In this document: piece by piece, positions 12,595 to 25,800 of the stretch
How positions within the stretch are numbered: position 1 is the stretch's first letter
Layout: every line of letters starts with the position of its first letter
DNA from: Octopus vulgaris
Taxonomy: Eukaryota
Direction of reading: 5' to 3'
DNA length: 64,000 nt
Assembly (NCBI GenBank): GCA_951406725.2
Contig: OX597814.1
Location: 50,344,001 to 50,408,000, forward strand
Notes under the pieces: model-generated
Told to the model about the DNA's origin: nothing
Seen by the model: the letters and a program-made list of their open reading frames with translations, nothing else
Databases searched by the model: none
Program-made: the position numbers and the translations under genes

Positions 12595-13461
12595 GTCTGA
12601 TCAATAAGTATTCGGACTGTTGCCATCGCAACGAAGCTGAAGAACACAGAGTGAAGCCCCTTGGCACATATTGACCTTGAACTCTGCTGTGCATGCACAC
12701 TAAGTTTTACTGTTCTAGCTTACTTCCGTTGTTTACAGTAATCCTTGGGAGGAAGGTGAGTAGCGAGCGTGTGATCGTCACATTAACAATTACAGAAAAA
12801 GTTAAGCAGAGAATCTGCATCAGATTTTGCTAAAAACTTGGTGATACCTGCTCAGGGGCCTACACAAAGTTTTCAAAATCTTTTCATCGATCTCGTCGCA
12901 GTCAAAGAGATCATGTGTAACTGAAACCCGATTGTTCTTTTTGGTCAGCTAAAAGCAGTTTTGGCACAAACTTGGCAGACATGCGTCTCATACCCAAAAC
13001 TTCAGTGATAATGGACTGAACTGAACCGTAACTAATCTGCACATCCTCTGATAACTCACGGATAGTGATTCGACGACTTCTCCTCACAGCTGCATGCACA
13101 TCTGCGATATTTTTGTCAGTTCTGCTGGTTGTGGGTCTCCCAGAATGTTCGTCAATATCGATATTTTTTCGGCCATCTTGGAAATGTCTGAACCACTCGT
13201 ACATTTGTGTGCGACTCATTCACTTACTGCAATTTTGCGTAGGACTCTGGGTAGGTATCGCCATGACAGCTTTCTCTGCTATGATCAATGCAACGATCAC
13301 ACGCTACACATTGCTATAACCAATGAAAGTGAGTTTGAACGTTAAAAGCTTGTGCGCATGCACAGCAGAGTACAAGGTCAATCTTAACCGAGCGGCTTTA
13401 CTCTGCATGCTTTTAGCTTCGTTACTATGGCAACAGTCCGGATGCTAATTGATCAGATCTC

Positions 13462-13462
<1 letters not shown>
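12591..13462. mobile_element. Mariner derivative built from two inverted 5' ends
   Basis: Terminal inverted repeats (GTCTGATCAATAAGTAT.CGGACTGTTGCCAT...) extend inward into transposase N-terminal sequence on both sides. ORF 12911-13219 (-) is a mariner HTH region (YEWFRHFQDGR..D..HSGRP...ITIRELS...SAKFVPKLL). TA flanks. Confidence 0.88.
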
Positions 13463-13512
<50 letters not shown>

Positions 13513-13718
13513 CACACATATAGTGTATATATATAAGGGGTTATAATCTAAGCTGTGTCTTCTTAAAGCACATCCACATCAGCATGTTCACATTAATGAA
13601 GTGTATGCTTTATTTTTTTATTGCTTTCATCCAGTGGCTGAGGTCATGCGGGGTTACCCGAAATTATGTGATCGGGAAGGAAACTCTTTAGCACAAACCC
13701 ACATCTGCGACAATATCT

Positions 13719-13719
13719 G

Positions 13720-13791
<72 letters not shown>

Positions 13792-13807
13792 GCTAACTAG
13801 CTAGCTA

Positions 13808-13891
<84 letters not shown>
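13719..13891. repeat. Compound (CTAT)n/(CTGT)n/(CT)n microsatellite
   Basis: Direct reading. Confidence 0.95.
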
Positions 13892-13892
<1 letters not shown>

Positions 13893-15039
13893 GTATGTAT
13901 ATATGTATTCCGCACAGTCAACGTCTATAAAAATCAATTTCAAGACCTTGGTCAGCTGGTGATTATAATAGAAAACACTTAGTGTGCACGCACTAGGGTG
14001 GTAGAAATCTCGGAACTGCATATATTTCATAAACACACAGCCATGTCTGCACCTATAGAAATCATTTTAGAAATACCATGTAGTATAGATTTCACTAATC
14101 TACGAAAGACCATTCTCACTGTTTATGTTCCAAATCGATCAATAATTTCTTTGGCTCCTAAGAAATAAATGTTATAAGTAACTCACATGTGACGAAACTA
14201 CATCATACAGGAGTATCACGAACAAAGATTGAGTGATCAAATACTTCTACTCACTAACCTTACATGTATATTAGTCAAAATTCTTTTGAAGCACCAGTTT
14301 TGGTAGAAAGATTTACTGTATTAGATTTACGTATGAAGAATGTATGTTCCATTGACATTAAAATCTTTAAGATTCTAGCATCGGATAGAGCAGTGGCTGA
14401 AACTTCAAATGAGATCAAACAAGTATAATTTATAACATGACGCATTGTTTTTTTGAAATAGGAAGCAGTTAACATTCCTTCCTTCAACACGCATGTTTCT
14501 TCTCTTCTCATCACATGCATCTAACTTGCCAACTCCTGCATTTAACACTGCGGCGAATCATCTCGCCATTCTGAAATGATTTCTGTGGAATGTGCTTCTT
14601 GTTCACGTCTTCTGCAGATGTAGACTGACTTACAAACGGGAGCAGAAACAAAAACACTAATCCAAGATTTTAATAAAGTAAGTAGTATCATGTAAAGAGA
14701 GAAGTGAATCTCAAAAGCACTGTGCATTGTGACCACGTAATTACTACACAACTCTCTAAGGCCGAAACTCAACAGATAGATACCCTGCACACTAGCATAA
14801 TTAGCAAGTGTAGCTGACTGTTAGCAGTATCTAGCAATAGTATGTTTTAGGTCAACGGCAATTGAAATTAATTGCAACATTGTAGCCTCCTAACTTTTGA
14901 GAACGTTAGCATATAACTACTGGAAGTATGTAAAGGAATAGCAGAAGATCTAATGTCAGAACCACAAAGAAACGGTACATATTTGAATATATGTACGTAT
15001 GTGTTTGCGTGTGTGTGTACATACACAAATTTATATATA

Positions 15040-15107
<68 letters not shown>

Positions 15108-15136
15108 GTATATATATATATATATGTATATATATG

Positions 15137-15190
<54 letters not shown>

Positions 15191-15243
15191 CGTCACGATG
15201 TGTTGTAGCTATTGTCTATAACTCGCTCTGAGATTTATTATTG

Positions 15244-15296
<53 letters not shown>

Positions 15297-17328
15297 GTAT
15301 GTGTGTATATATGTATGTATGCATGTATCTTTCTTTTTCGCTTCTTTAAATTCTCCCTTTCAAGAAAGCACCGTCGGTGCTATTTAAGAACCAAAACTCT
15401 ATTATTGGACTTCCGGTAAGAACAGCAAATTGTTACTGAATTTTAGCAAACTTTTGATTATTCTTGATGTTCTAGATTATTACTTGAACACTTTGTAACA
15501 TTAAAAAAAAGTATACCAACAATTATTCATAAATATGTAAATTATAGTCTGGGTAATTTTCAAATCAGCTGACGATACGTATTCACTTTCTCTTTTTAAT
15601 TTTGAATGAAATGATCATATCCACAAGTTAACTGACTTTACCAGCAGCGTAAATGTACGTATTCATACATGCTATAAGAGAATAACATTAATCTCAGTAT
15701 CTTAATTGGCATCAGAAAGCTCCATTATCACATGAGATTTTTTTCTTATTCTGTTTTTGTTTGTGCAGGTTGATAACGACAATCGTATGGTAGAAAGATA
15801 AATTTCTTCAAGAAAAGAACGCAATTTAATTTCTATTGTATACGTTAAAATATTCTTGAAAATGTACTCCTTATAAAAAAAATAGTCAATCTCATTCTTA
15901 CCTCAAATATATTGTTTCTGTTGTTGTCGATTAGCTCCAAATCAGCCATATTCGGAAACATTTACGGTCCAAATTTTTTCAGTCGTGATCATACCATCTT
16001 TTATTCAAACATAATGTAATGAGAATTGCATGAGTTGATAATTTTTATAGCATGAGCTGATATTTTTTAGGCAAGTAGAGAGAGATTCGAAGGAGACTTG
16101 GCTGCTCTTTCTAGTGTGTAGAGTGACTAATGAGAGTCTCCATTGGTATCTCTACCTGGAATATTGTTATTCATAAACAGAGAAGACATTGGAAACCATT
16201 GTAATATATTCTCCCTGAGGTACTGAAGCAGAGTAATGAGATATCGTCCTGAAACAGAGAAATTACTAGTAAACATTTTATGAATAATTATGATGAAAAT
16301 TAATTCAGTTCAATTAATTATATTGTAGTAAGATCGATATTTTTCGAAGAATTAATAATTTTCAAAATAAAATTTAGAATAGTGTCGGTAAACTATACCA
16401 TCATGTATTATCGACACAATTGGTCGTGCATTAACACCGAAAGTTAGATGCCTTTGCTGTGAGCATAACGCAGCATCAGTAAGAGGCAACAGACAACCAA
16501 CCTTTTGATAGGTAGAGCAAAGAGTATCAACTTGACCATGTAAGAAGTATCTAATAAATTATATGGCTACTACTAACTTTCCAGTTTGTAATGTGTAAGA
16601 AATACAAATGACATAGAAATGCATATTGATTTCTAACTTGGGCAAAACAGCAGTCTTTTCAGAGTAGATTATAGCTGATTATATGTAGCCCAGCTCTTGA
16701 CTAGTATTCACCTTGCCCGCTTTGAGAAGGATATATAACAAGAGCCTGCTTTCTGGGAGATTTGGCTGCTATTTCGAGCGACTAAGCAGATGCCTTCTCC
16801 TTAAATCTCCTTATTGTTGTAAGTTCCGGGTAGAGCAAAATTATGTTATAAAGTGTTTTGGTCGTGAGATTCGTCTTCTTTTGTACATCAGAAACTATGT
16901 TATGCTATTTAACGCAGATCTTGAAGAGAGGGGGCATGTCATTGATGAGGTCGCTTATAGTCACAAAAGGACTTTGATAAACAAACAGCCGATTGATTGC
17001 TTAAACATTACATTATAGAACCAATCAATTAGCTTGTTAGATATTCGGTTGAATATCTAACAATAAAGAATATCTAACAATTAAACCAGTGCGTGTGTTA
17101 TTATTGGCGTAATGACCCACCTGAAATACAACAAAGTTTGTTTCAATGCACAAATTCACAACACGAATGCAAAAAAAACAAGTATATACATAGATTTATG
17201 TACATTATTTGTTAATAAACCGTATGGACCTGGTAGTTTGCCGGCAAAGCACATTCACTGGCTCAGTATTCGTTGAGTATGTGATTAAAGAGTGAAACAG
17301 GAGGTGGAAATTTCGAGAATCTTTATTG

Positions 17329-17434
17329 ATCACTACAACTGTTTCGACCAAGCTAGCATTGATATCTCATGGGTTGGATAGTATACAACAGGTTTAAGTG
17401 TATCCCTCGGTGTAGTTGTTTCTCCTCAGATGAT
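17329..17434 (-). ncRNA. Degenerate type I hammerhead motif with a long stem II region (PLE pLTR-like)
   Basis: Minus strand: ATCAT-CTGAGGA-GA..(~77 nt)..TTGGTC-GAAA-CAGTTG-TA-GTGAT, immediately followed by CAATAAA. Confidence 0.6.
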
Positions 17435-18361
17435 TTCAAGAGTTATCTCGTTAAAATAAACTCTGTTTCGCAAGATTTCTTCTTGGTCTTCGTATATAGA
17501 AATGACAAATTAAGAAATACAGCTTCATTCTTATAGAAGATCCATAACAAAGATCAGATACAAAAAGAAACAAATAGACAATACATCGTAAAAATTATTA
17601 GATATATCCGTTAGTAGATATGGATATACAGACGCCCACATATACGTGGTCTGGCGCACGCACACTCGCTCCTACAAACGCACACACACATACAAGCCCA
17701 CACACACGCGTGGTCTGGCGCAGATACATTCGCACACAAAGTTAAATTGTTATTAATAAAGTCAGTGGCTATTACTGGTTAGTAATACGACACTGCCTAG
17801 TGAGGAGTCCCATATTCTGTGGTGCGATCCACTGGATCTGCTTGGTGTAGTTATAGTTCTTCCACGGTCGTAAATACGGACATAGATATTGATATAGCAG
17901 ATGTGTATTTTTTGAATGAACGGGTAATGAAAGCATCGATGCCAAGGTTAAACTCTCCATTGTAGTTAGTCACAAGTTTTTCACTTATTCCCAATGATCT
18001 TTCATCCAATTAGTGCCAGAAAACAGAGAGCCATGTACTGACCTTCTAAACGTTTGTTCAGTCTTACGAAACAAATTTTCTTTTATAACAGTTTTGTTTG
18101 TGTTAACCTTTCATTACCAGATGTTGCAGGGGGACGGTGAATGGCGTGGGCTCAATTTCTAAATTTAAAACTAAGTAAAATATCTTCAGCTAAGAATCGA
18201 ACCAAGATTGTAGAATCATTGTGTAACGGCCTTCACCATATATTTCAATGCAGCTAGACATTGTTTTCTTTGCAATTGGATTTGATAAGCATCAGGAAAT
18301 CTTAAAATATCTAGTTTTGGGAATTCAAAACTCATCGGAGTTTATTTTTTGGAGGATAAGA

Positions 18362-18632
18362 TATCCATCCATTCATCCATCCATTCATTCATTCATTCAT
18401 TCATTCATTTCTTTTTCTGCTCACTTTTCCTGGGAGGATCGTAGGGATAGCGTTTTCAGGCACCTTCTCCATAGGGTCGTATCAGAAGCAACCGTCCTTA
18501 CACTTTTCAGCCAGATTCTAAAGTATGAATAACTATGTGTATTATCGAACCTTCTCGTTCTTGGTCAACCCTTAGGTCTCCTATTACATGGGTCAGTTTG
18601 AAGAATCCGCGTTACGATTCTTTCTTGCGACA
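18362..18632 (-). mobile_element. RTE-clade (Expander/Rex3-like) LINE 3' end with (AATG)/(GATG)n tail
   Basis: Minus strand AGGAGACCTAAGGGTTGACCAAGAACGAGA (decayed RRPKGRPRTR); same family as 34200-34482. Confidence 0.7.
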
Positions 18633-19178
18633 AAAAATATTAATAACAGAATAATGAGTGGCGTTTCAGTCGACTAACTTTTCTTTTCTTCACGGAGTTT
18701 TCTTTCAATTTCATTGAATTTTTTTTTCTCTCAATTACCTATCAGTTCATATTTTGATACTAGCCAGATATCCTATACTGAACTGTTCTCGCACTAAATT
18801 TTTGTGTTGTTACAGAAGAAGATATATGAAATCAATGAGTCGTAATTATTATGAGCTTCCAAGATTTCGTGATAAATTTAGAAATTTATTTCTGTAAAAC
18901 CGTCTGTAAAAAGTGAAAACTTAATGTCTATTTAAAGATTATATATTTTCATAGAGTTAAGTCCATTTATGTATATCTGAAATCCCAGTAGATATATCAA
19001 AGAGAATGATTTGAGGGTAAAAAGCACAAAAAAGAAGAAAAAAAACAAGAAGAATAAATTAACCGTTCCGTGTGAGTGGACGGTATATTAATTGCTGCAC
19101 ATTTCCCCAATGAGTAACAAAAATGAGATTCTGAAAAGAAGTAAATATTTTTCGGTATCTTTCATTTATGGCTTAAGA

Positions 19179-19325
19179 GAGCGGATGGCCAAGTGGATAG
19201 ATTACAAGACACCCGACTAAAAGCCAGGCTGTTTGTATCACGCAACCGACATAAACCTATTCTTATAACCTGTAGACTTAGCGCACCATTAGTCTTGTCC
19301 ACCAGATGCAAATGGGTACAACAGT
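19179..19325 (+). mobile_element. Old tRNA-derived SINE remnant
   Basis: GAGCGGATGGCCAAGTGG A-box-like start and a GTCCACCAGATGCAAATGGGTAC central block of the kind seen in invertebrate SINEs. Confidence 0.5.
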
Positions 19326-22300
19326 GTAAAGGTAATTGGTTGTTGTTGGCAACAGATACACATTAAAATTGATGACTATTTTTACTCAATTTCCAAATCC
19401 AAATTGAATTCCGTTCATAGTATAAAAGCCACCAGCCAAGTCCTATCATACCCCCCCCCCACAGAAATGTTCATTTCTTTTGCTCTTAATACCCAAGAAA
19501 ACAGACTTTGGAAACATAACTTTAGCCTAGATTTCCAGGTTAATTTCCTGCCAGACCTTAAGTGAGTGAGCTTGATAGACATCTGTGATAGCTGAGTGCT
19601 ATATTCCGTTTAGATTCGTTATTTGGACCAATTCACTTCACTTCAGGTACTAGCTATCTCTACAAAAGAAACAAGCTGATAGCTTTTCATTTTCTTTACA
19701 CTAAAGATCTGATATTGAGTCTATTTTTAGAAACGAAAAAGCTTATTTACTGAAGAATCATACGAATACTATGTTTTGTCCCAAATCATGCGAATAGGTT
19801 TTTTTTGTCCGAAAATCATGGGGTAGACTAAATTGTGACGTACCTTTTGTTTTGTGACTCGTAGTTTCAGTGGACGTCAACGAATAGCAACTGAATGAAA
19901 TGTTTCGCTTCACTTTTCTTATGTGAATCAATTAGAAGGCGGCAAACTTAATATTTAACCTTACGTTCTAAGTCTCATATTCTCTGAAACAGCATAAAAA
20001 GGAAGCAAAGGAAACCCAATTTTCAGATCTCATTTCAAAGAATGTTATAAACAAGCTATTGTAAAAATTGATACAATTCTTAGCAGGGGAAAAAGGAGAT
20101 GAGCGTGGGGTTAAATATGCCCTCAATAAAATTAGGTCTGTGTAAAACTGTGTAGAAATTGTCTCCTACTAAGAATCGAAATCTGATTCCAAACTTTCCT
20201 AATCAGCACCTTATCTTTTCTGTAATCGGTCATATCTTGATAAAATCTCTAAATATTCAATACAAATAACTTTAGTGGGTTTTCCGTCCATCACGACGAT
20301 AATCCTTCGGTTGTCCGACTGGACCTTTATACTAGTCTGCAAGTAGCTAAGTATTCCATAAATACAGGCTCTCTTAACACAATTCTTAGGCTCAATAAGC
20401 GCAACACACTGGATCTTTGAATTGCGGATACAATCTAGAAAGAGAGAGAGAGAGAGAGAGGAAAGAATCGATACTGATGGTGCTTTGGTACTTTATTTAT
20501 GGACCCCAAGATATTTTTCCTGATTAAATTTGTAAAACAAACAGTAAGACTGGCATCTGTTACCTCAAACAGATTAGTAGTAATTTTACCTCTAACTTAA
20601 AGTGAAATATGAAATAGTTTTTATAGGTGAACTTTCAGTTTCAAGTACGTAGGTTGCTCCTTTGAAATAGCTGGAAAATGATATTTTGATTTGAGTAAAA
20701 TAATATGTACATTGTGCACACTTACACAGAGAACCATAAAGAAATGTCGTTCTTGTTTCTGTGCTTTTTAAAAATTTTATTTTAAGTTGTGAGTTAGCAA
20801 AATTAATTGTGCAAACACTGCACAAAATGCTCTGCAGTGATTGGGGCTTCCCCCATCTGCATCTTTAGTTCATTATCGATCGATAAAGCATTATATATTC
20901 TAGCTAAAAATATGCATTTTTTTTTTCTCATTTTGCAACATAATTTGAATTTTCATGATACAGAGATATCATAGAATAAATATTTATCTATTTTTAGAAA
21001 TAATTTCTTTGTTTTTCTAACCGAAAAAAAAAAGGAATAACATAAGCACGCACACACCCACCTAAATATATTAATAATGGACGCAAGTAAAAGATGGAGA
21101 AAGAAATGAAAATGGATAAACGAGTTACTTTCCTTCTCACAAATGGAGTTAAATCAAACTGAAAAGCTATTTATCAAAAGAAACATAACGCTTTCTTTAT
21201 AACAACTTTACAATTACTGTTTTTAATATATTTGGCTTTAAACCCTACTCTGTTGGAATTATATATCTTTAGTCATAAACTCTGCCCTGCTGGAAGTGTA
21301 TATCTTTAGTCATAAAAGTAGAATGTCAGTTATTCGTTTCTTTCCCTTGGGTAAACTCTTCATGTTATTTTACTTAATAAGACATATACGGTTGCCGCTG
21401 CAAATGTCATTAGTTTTATTTGATCAGAACGCCATATATCAGCAATTTTACTAAGAAGAAATCCTTTTATTTTAAGCATTATATTTGTTTCATTCATTCT
21501 TATATATATATATATATATATATTTGTTTTCAACTTATTATACTTAGAATTGTTTTCCCTAAACAGCTGCTATTAATTTGTGAATTATAAAAGAAATATT
21601 TTTATATTGTTAATATTATCATTATGTCATGTTTTCTTTATCTCCAACCTTTTAGAATGATAAGATTTGCAACTATTCGAGATAATGTTGCCTATTATTA
21701 TTGCTTCTAAGCAAATAAATTATTTACTTCAGATTATGAAAAATTACTTAATGTAATGGAAGTAAATGAACATAGAAGCTTTGAATTTTATCATACCTGA
21801 TAAAATTCAAGCTTAATTCTCATAATAGCGTAGCAATCGAACCATTTGATTAAAATCATCGTTTCATTAGGATGTTTAAACGGTATATAATGTAATTCCA
21901 CAAGCCTTCGAGAAGAATGAGCAACCATTTGAAGACAAGAATCGCGTAAATTATATTCGAGAAAATACAGTAGAGTTTCTTACAAAGGGCGACGAAATAA
22001 ATCGCTCTTTCATTTCAAAACAACGTGTGCTTCTTAACCTCCCTCATGCCGTCCATTTTTCACTCTCCCTAGAACATTTTTTCTCTTTTAAAAATATTGT
22101 CACTTTAGCCTCTACATTTAGGTTTACTGATATAACTGATCATAATTTCATCGGACGTTACAGACAAAGCCCGAATGAACGGGAATTGGACTCAGAAATG
22201 AAAGAGACTGAACTAAGAGTTCATGTAACACGACTCCATACTATCTCAATAATTTCTATCACTTCTTTTGCTACTCTGGTAAAGTTGGGGTTCTTTAAAC

Positions 22301-22920
22301 AATCTACTAAAACCACCGAGGGAATGTGAAGAATTTGTTAACGACTGATAAAATGTTTTCATTATAACGTTAATTAACACTGCTGTCATATAAACGGCAT
22401 TTAAAGACTAGATTATATATAAAATTTATAGTGTAACTTAACATAAAATTGCATTCCTTATAATTCAGACACAAATATCTTACAGTAGTTTTATAATTGT
22501 AACAATGTTATGTAAAAGTACAACTCAAAAGATAATACATTGCATAGAAATATTTTTTTTTTTTATTTGGCTACAATTATCTCGAGTTACAGAAAAAGGA
22601 AAGTATGACTATTTAAAAAGTTATACGTCAAAAAGGCCGTTCATTTTTCGTACGAGTATATGTTGCTATAGCAAAAGCAAGATATTGCTCTGACAAAAGC
22701 AAGACATCGAAACTGGAAAGTGAACTTAGCATGACAGGAACTTTCCTGCCTGAATATTGATTTCTATTATAGGCACAAAACTCGAAGTTTTTTGGAATGG
22801 GATGCAGCAGGCTTTTGATTTTCAGTTCCTAACTGCTTATTTTTTATCTTTATTTTTTTTATTTTATGTCATCGACCACGGAAGAGCTAAAAGAAAAGTA
22901 GAGCTATATATGTATATTCC

Positions 22921-23117
22921 TTTCTACTTTAGGCACAAGGCCTGAAATTTTGGAGGCGTGTGGTAAGGCTAGTCGATTACATCAATCCAGTATTTAACTG
23001 GCCCTTATTTCATCTACTCCGGAAGGATGACGGGTAAAGTTGAACTCAGAACGTAAAGTCAGACAAAATACCGCTTAGCTTTTTGCTCAGCGTGCTAACA
23101 ATTATGCCAGCTCGACT
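22921..23117 (-). mobile_element. SINE family A copy
   Basis: Plus strand TTGAACTCAGAACGTAAAG...ATACCGCTTAGC...CGTGCTAAC...GCCAGCTCG. Confidence 0.85.
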
Positions 23118-23344
23118 TATATATGTATATTAATACTTACTTTAGTAACAAGGTTCCCTAGTTTACAGCGGGCGGTCATGCTGTAATGTTTATGTCGTGA
23201 GTAAAATTATTTCGACTAGGACTTGAAATTGGATTCAAGAAAAAGTCTATTTATTTATTTAGTTAATTTTATATCGCAAGGGGGAAACAACATCGACATT
23301 GGATACAGGTATCCAACAGGCCAATCACTGCCTCATTACATATA

Positions 23345-23485
23345 TGACGGCGAGAGTGATAAGAGGTTTGCTTCCATGTTCATTCGCACTGCGTGACACC
23401 TTGAGCAAGTGTCTTCTATTATAACCCCAAAGCAACCAAAGCCTTGCGAGTGGTTTTGATAGACGGAATTGAAAGAAACCCGTAG
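23345..23485 (+). mobile_element. SINE family B (CORE-like) copy, degraded
   Basis: CACTGCGTGACACCTTGAGCAAGTGTCTTCTA...AAAGCCTTGCGAGTGG.TTTGATAGACGGAA. Confidence 0.8.
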
Positions 23486-23504
23486 TATATATATGTATAT
23501 GTAA

Positions 23505-23548
<44 letters not shown>

Positions 23549-23549
<1 letters not shown>

Positions 23550-23713
23550 GGCGTTGGTATATATGTGTGGTAAGTAGCTTGCTTACCAACCACATGGTTC
23601 CGGGTTCAGTCCCACTGCGTGGCACCTTGGGCAAGTGTCTTCTACTATAGCCTCAGTTCGACCAAAGCCTTGTGAGTGGATTTGGTAGACGGGATCTGAA
23701 AGACGCTCGTCGT
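23549..23713 (+). mobile_element. SINE family B (CORE-like) copy
   Basis: tRNA-like head TGTGTGGTAAG...GGTTCCGGGTTCAGTCCC then GGCACCTTGGGCAAGTGTCTTCTAC; further 3' part follows the TA/TG microsatellite. Confidence 0.88.
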
Positions 23714-23720
23714 ATATATG

Positions 23721-23792
<72 letters not shown>

Positions 23793-24198
23793 TATGTGTG
23801 TGTGTGTGCGTGTGTGTGTGTGTGTCTGCGTGTATGTTTATACATACACGTTGAGTGTGTGTGTCTGTGTCTTTGTTCTCACCATCACCTGAGAACCAGT
23901 ATTGGTTTGTTAATGTCCCCGTAACTGTCCCCGTTAATGTCCCCGTGTATCCCAGCTCTGCCGTAAGTATTATGCCAAGTCCTTCCTCCCTAGTATAATA
24001 TCCTCTGAAATTAACTCCACGCTCATGCATTATCTGCAGGTATTGAACTGCAATAGCAATGGACGGGCACCAAGCTCACCGGCCTCTCTCTTCCTCCGGA
24101 CCCAGCAAGTAAAATGTACAGATGAAATGTAGAGACGCCTAAGTAGAACAAGTACGAAATCAGCCAGCTTCAAAACACAGAGGCTATAATGGTGGTGG

Positions 24199-24201
<3 letters not shown>

Positions 24202-24255
<54 letters not shown>

Positions 24256-25800
24256 AATGCTGGGAGAAGAGACAGCAGACCTGTGGAATAGAGGCAAGAA
24301 CGTGTTTATTATTGATTTAATGCCAATCAGACGAGTAGTACTACACTGTATGCAGTCCAGGATGTCTCTGTGCACCTCAGCAGTCTGAGCAGTACTTTAT
24401 TGTGGCTCTCACTTGAAGCAAATAGGCTGTGAGCAACTATTGGGAGACGAAATAGTTTCTGACTCTGAAGAGAAGGTCCGGCCTTTGGCATGTGGTCGTT
24501 GTAATGTTATGTTTGTGCCCTCACCAGGAGAGATCGTTGGTGTTAGTGGAACCCAAAGTTTGAGTTCAGAGATATAGCTGAGTAAGGCTCGTATCTGGGT
24601 GTTGCTATGATGGTGTATTTCTTCATTTGAGAAATACTTAAGTGTTTTACTGTTAAAAGAGCCAAGACAACCATAGAACTTCAAGAGGATACTCGCCGGT
24701 CATGAAATCTCTGCAGGTTTGGTGTGTGGTATCTTCGCTGCGTGTAGATGATACATGGTTGCAGAATTTAAAGGCAGAATGAAAGTTTGTATCATATGCA
24801 TAAGAGTGGGCAATGGTGGATAAGACGGCAAGTCATTGATGTACAGCAAGAAGAAAGTGGGTAACAAAGCCGAGCCCTGAAACACGCAGAGCTGATTAAG
24901 AATGGAATAAGAACTTGAACGCTGGATGAATCATATAGACAGGACGTCTTGATTGAAGATTCGCATGCCAGACACAGTTGAAGGCTTTTACGATGTCTTG
25001 TTCAACATTGCTTTCACAGATTTTTTTCCAAACCGAAAGCCCACTAATGAGTGGCATAAAAGAGATTTCCAGTAGATCTGGCTCTGTGGAAGTCATACTA
25101 GTGGTTAATGAGGAGAAAATGAGCTTCAAAGCGTAGGAAAGCATCGTTATTAATGTCTGTGTTCATTACCTTAGAGATGTCAGAAGTCAGGACGATATAT
25201 GGCTGGGACAGAGGAATTGACATCTTTTGAAATAAGACACACTGAAGCGTACCTCCAAAATGACAAGTTATATCTCAACTGAGAATGAGAGATTAGAGTT
25301 TGGGGAATGTTGTCGCGCATTGTGATGTGCAATGTTTGAGTGTAATTAAAATGACGTTGTCAATGCATGTGGCCTTGTTGGTTTGAAGCAACAAGAGATA
25401 TTTCCTTACTAGGTATTTCTGAATGCGAGGTGAAGTGGCTTGTGTATTAGATTTGGAGGAGACTAGGTATGTATAGTATTCTATACTACATACCCAGTCT
25501 CCTCCAAATCTAATACACAAGCCTCTCCACCTCGCATTTAGAAACGTCTTGTACGGAAATACCTCTAGAACATCGAGAAGGATTTGCAGGCAGGGGTTCA
25601 GAAATTTGTCTCAGAGAAAAATAGGATGTATGGTTTGTGTGTGAGTAAAAGGCGATGAAGATATTTGAGAAGAGGAAGGCGAATTGGCCAAGGGATTTGA
25701 AGTGATGTGTTAAGAGTACGCGAAAATCCCTAAGGTGGATGTCTGGTCTGAATGCTTGCAACGTAGTGAACTTCGCTAAGACATTCAATTACCTTTAGCG
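24202..25800 (-). mobile_element. Degraded CR1/Jockey-group LINE with (TAC)n tail
   Basis: RT remnants DIVKAFNCVWH (ORF 24896-25144) and FQGSALLPTFFLLYINDLP (ORF 24700-24885); (GTA)n at 24202-24254 marks the 3' end. 5' boundary approximate. Confidence 0.8.

Noticed and set aside
15740-15800. Strong splice-acceptor-like polypyrimidine tract ending TGTGCAG
   Set aside because: No convincing donor or open exon follows.
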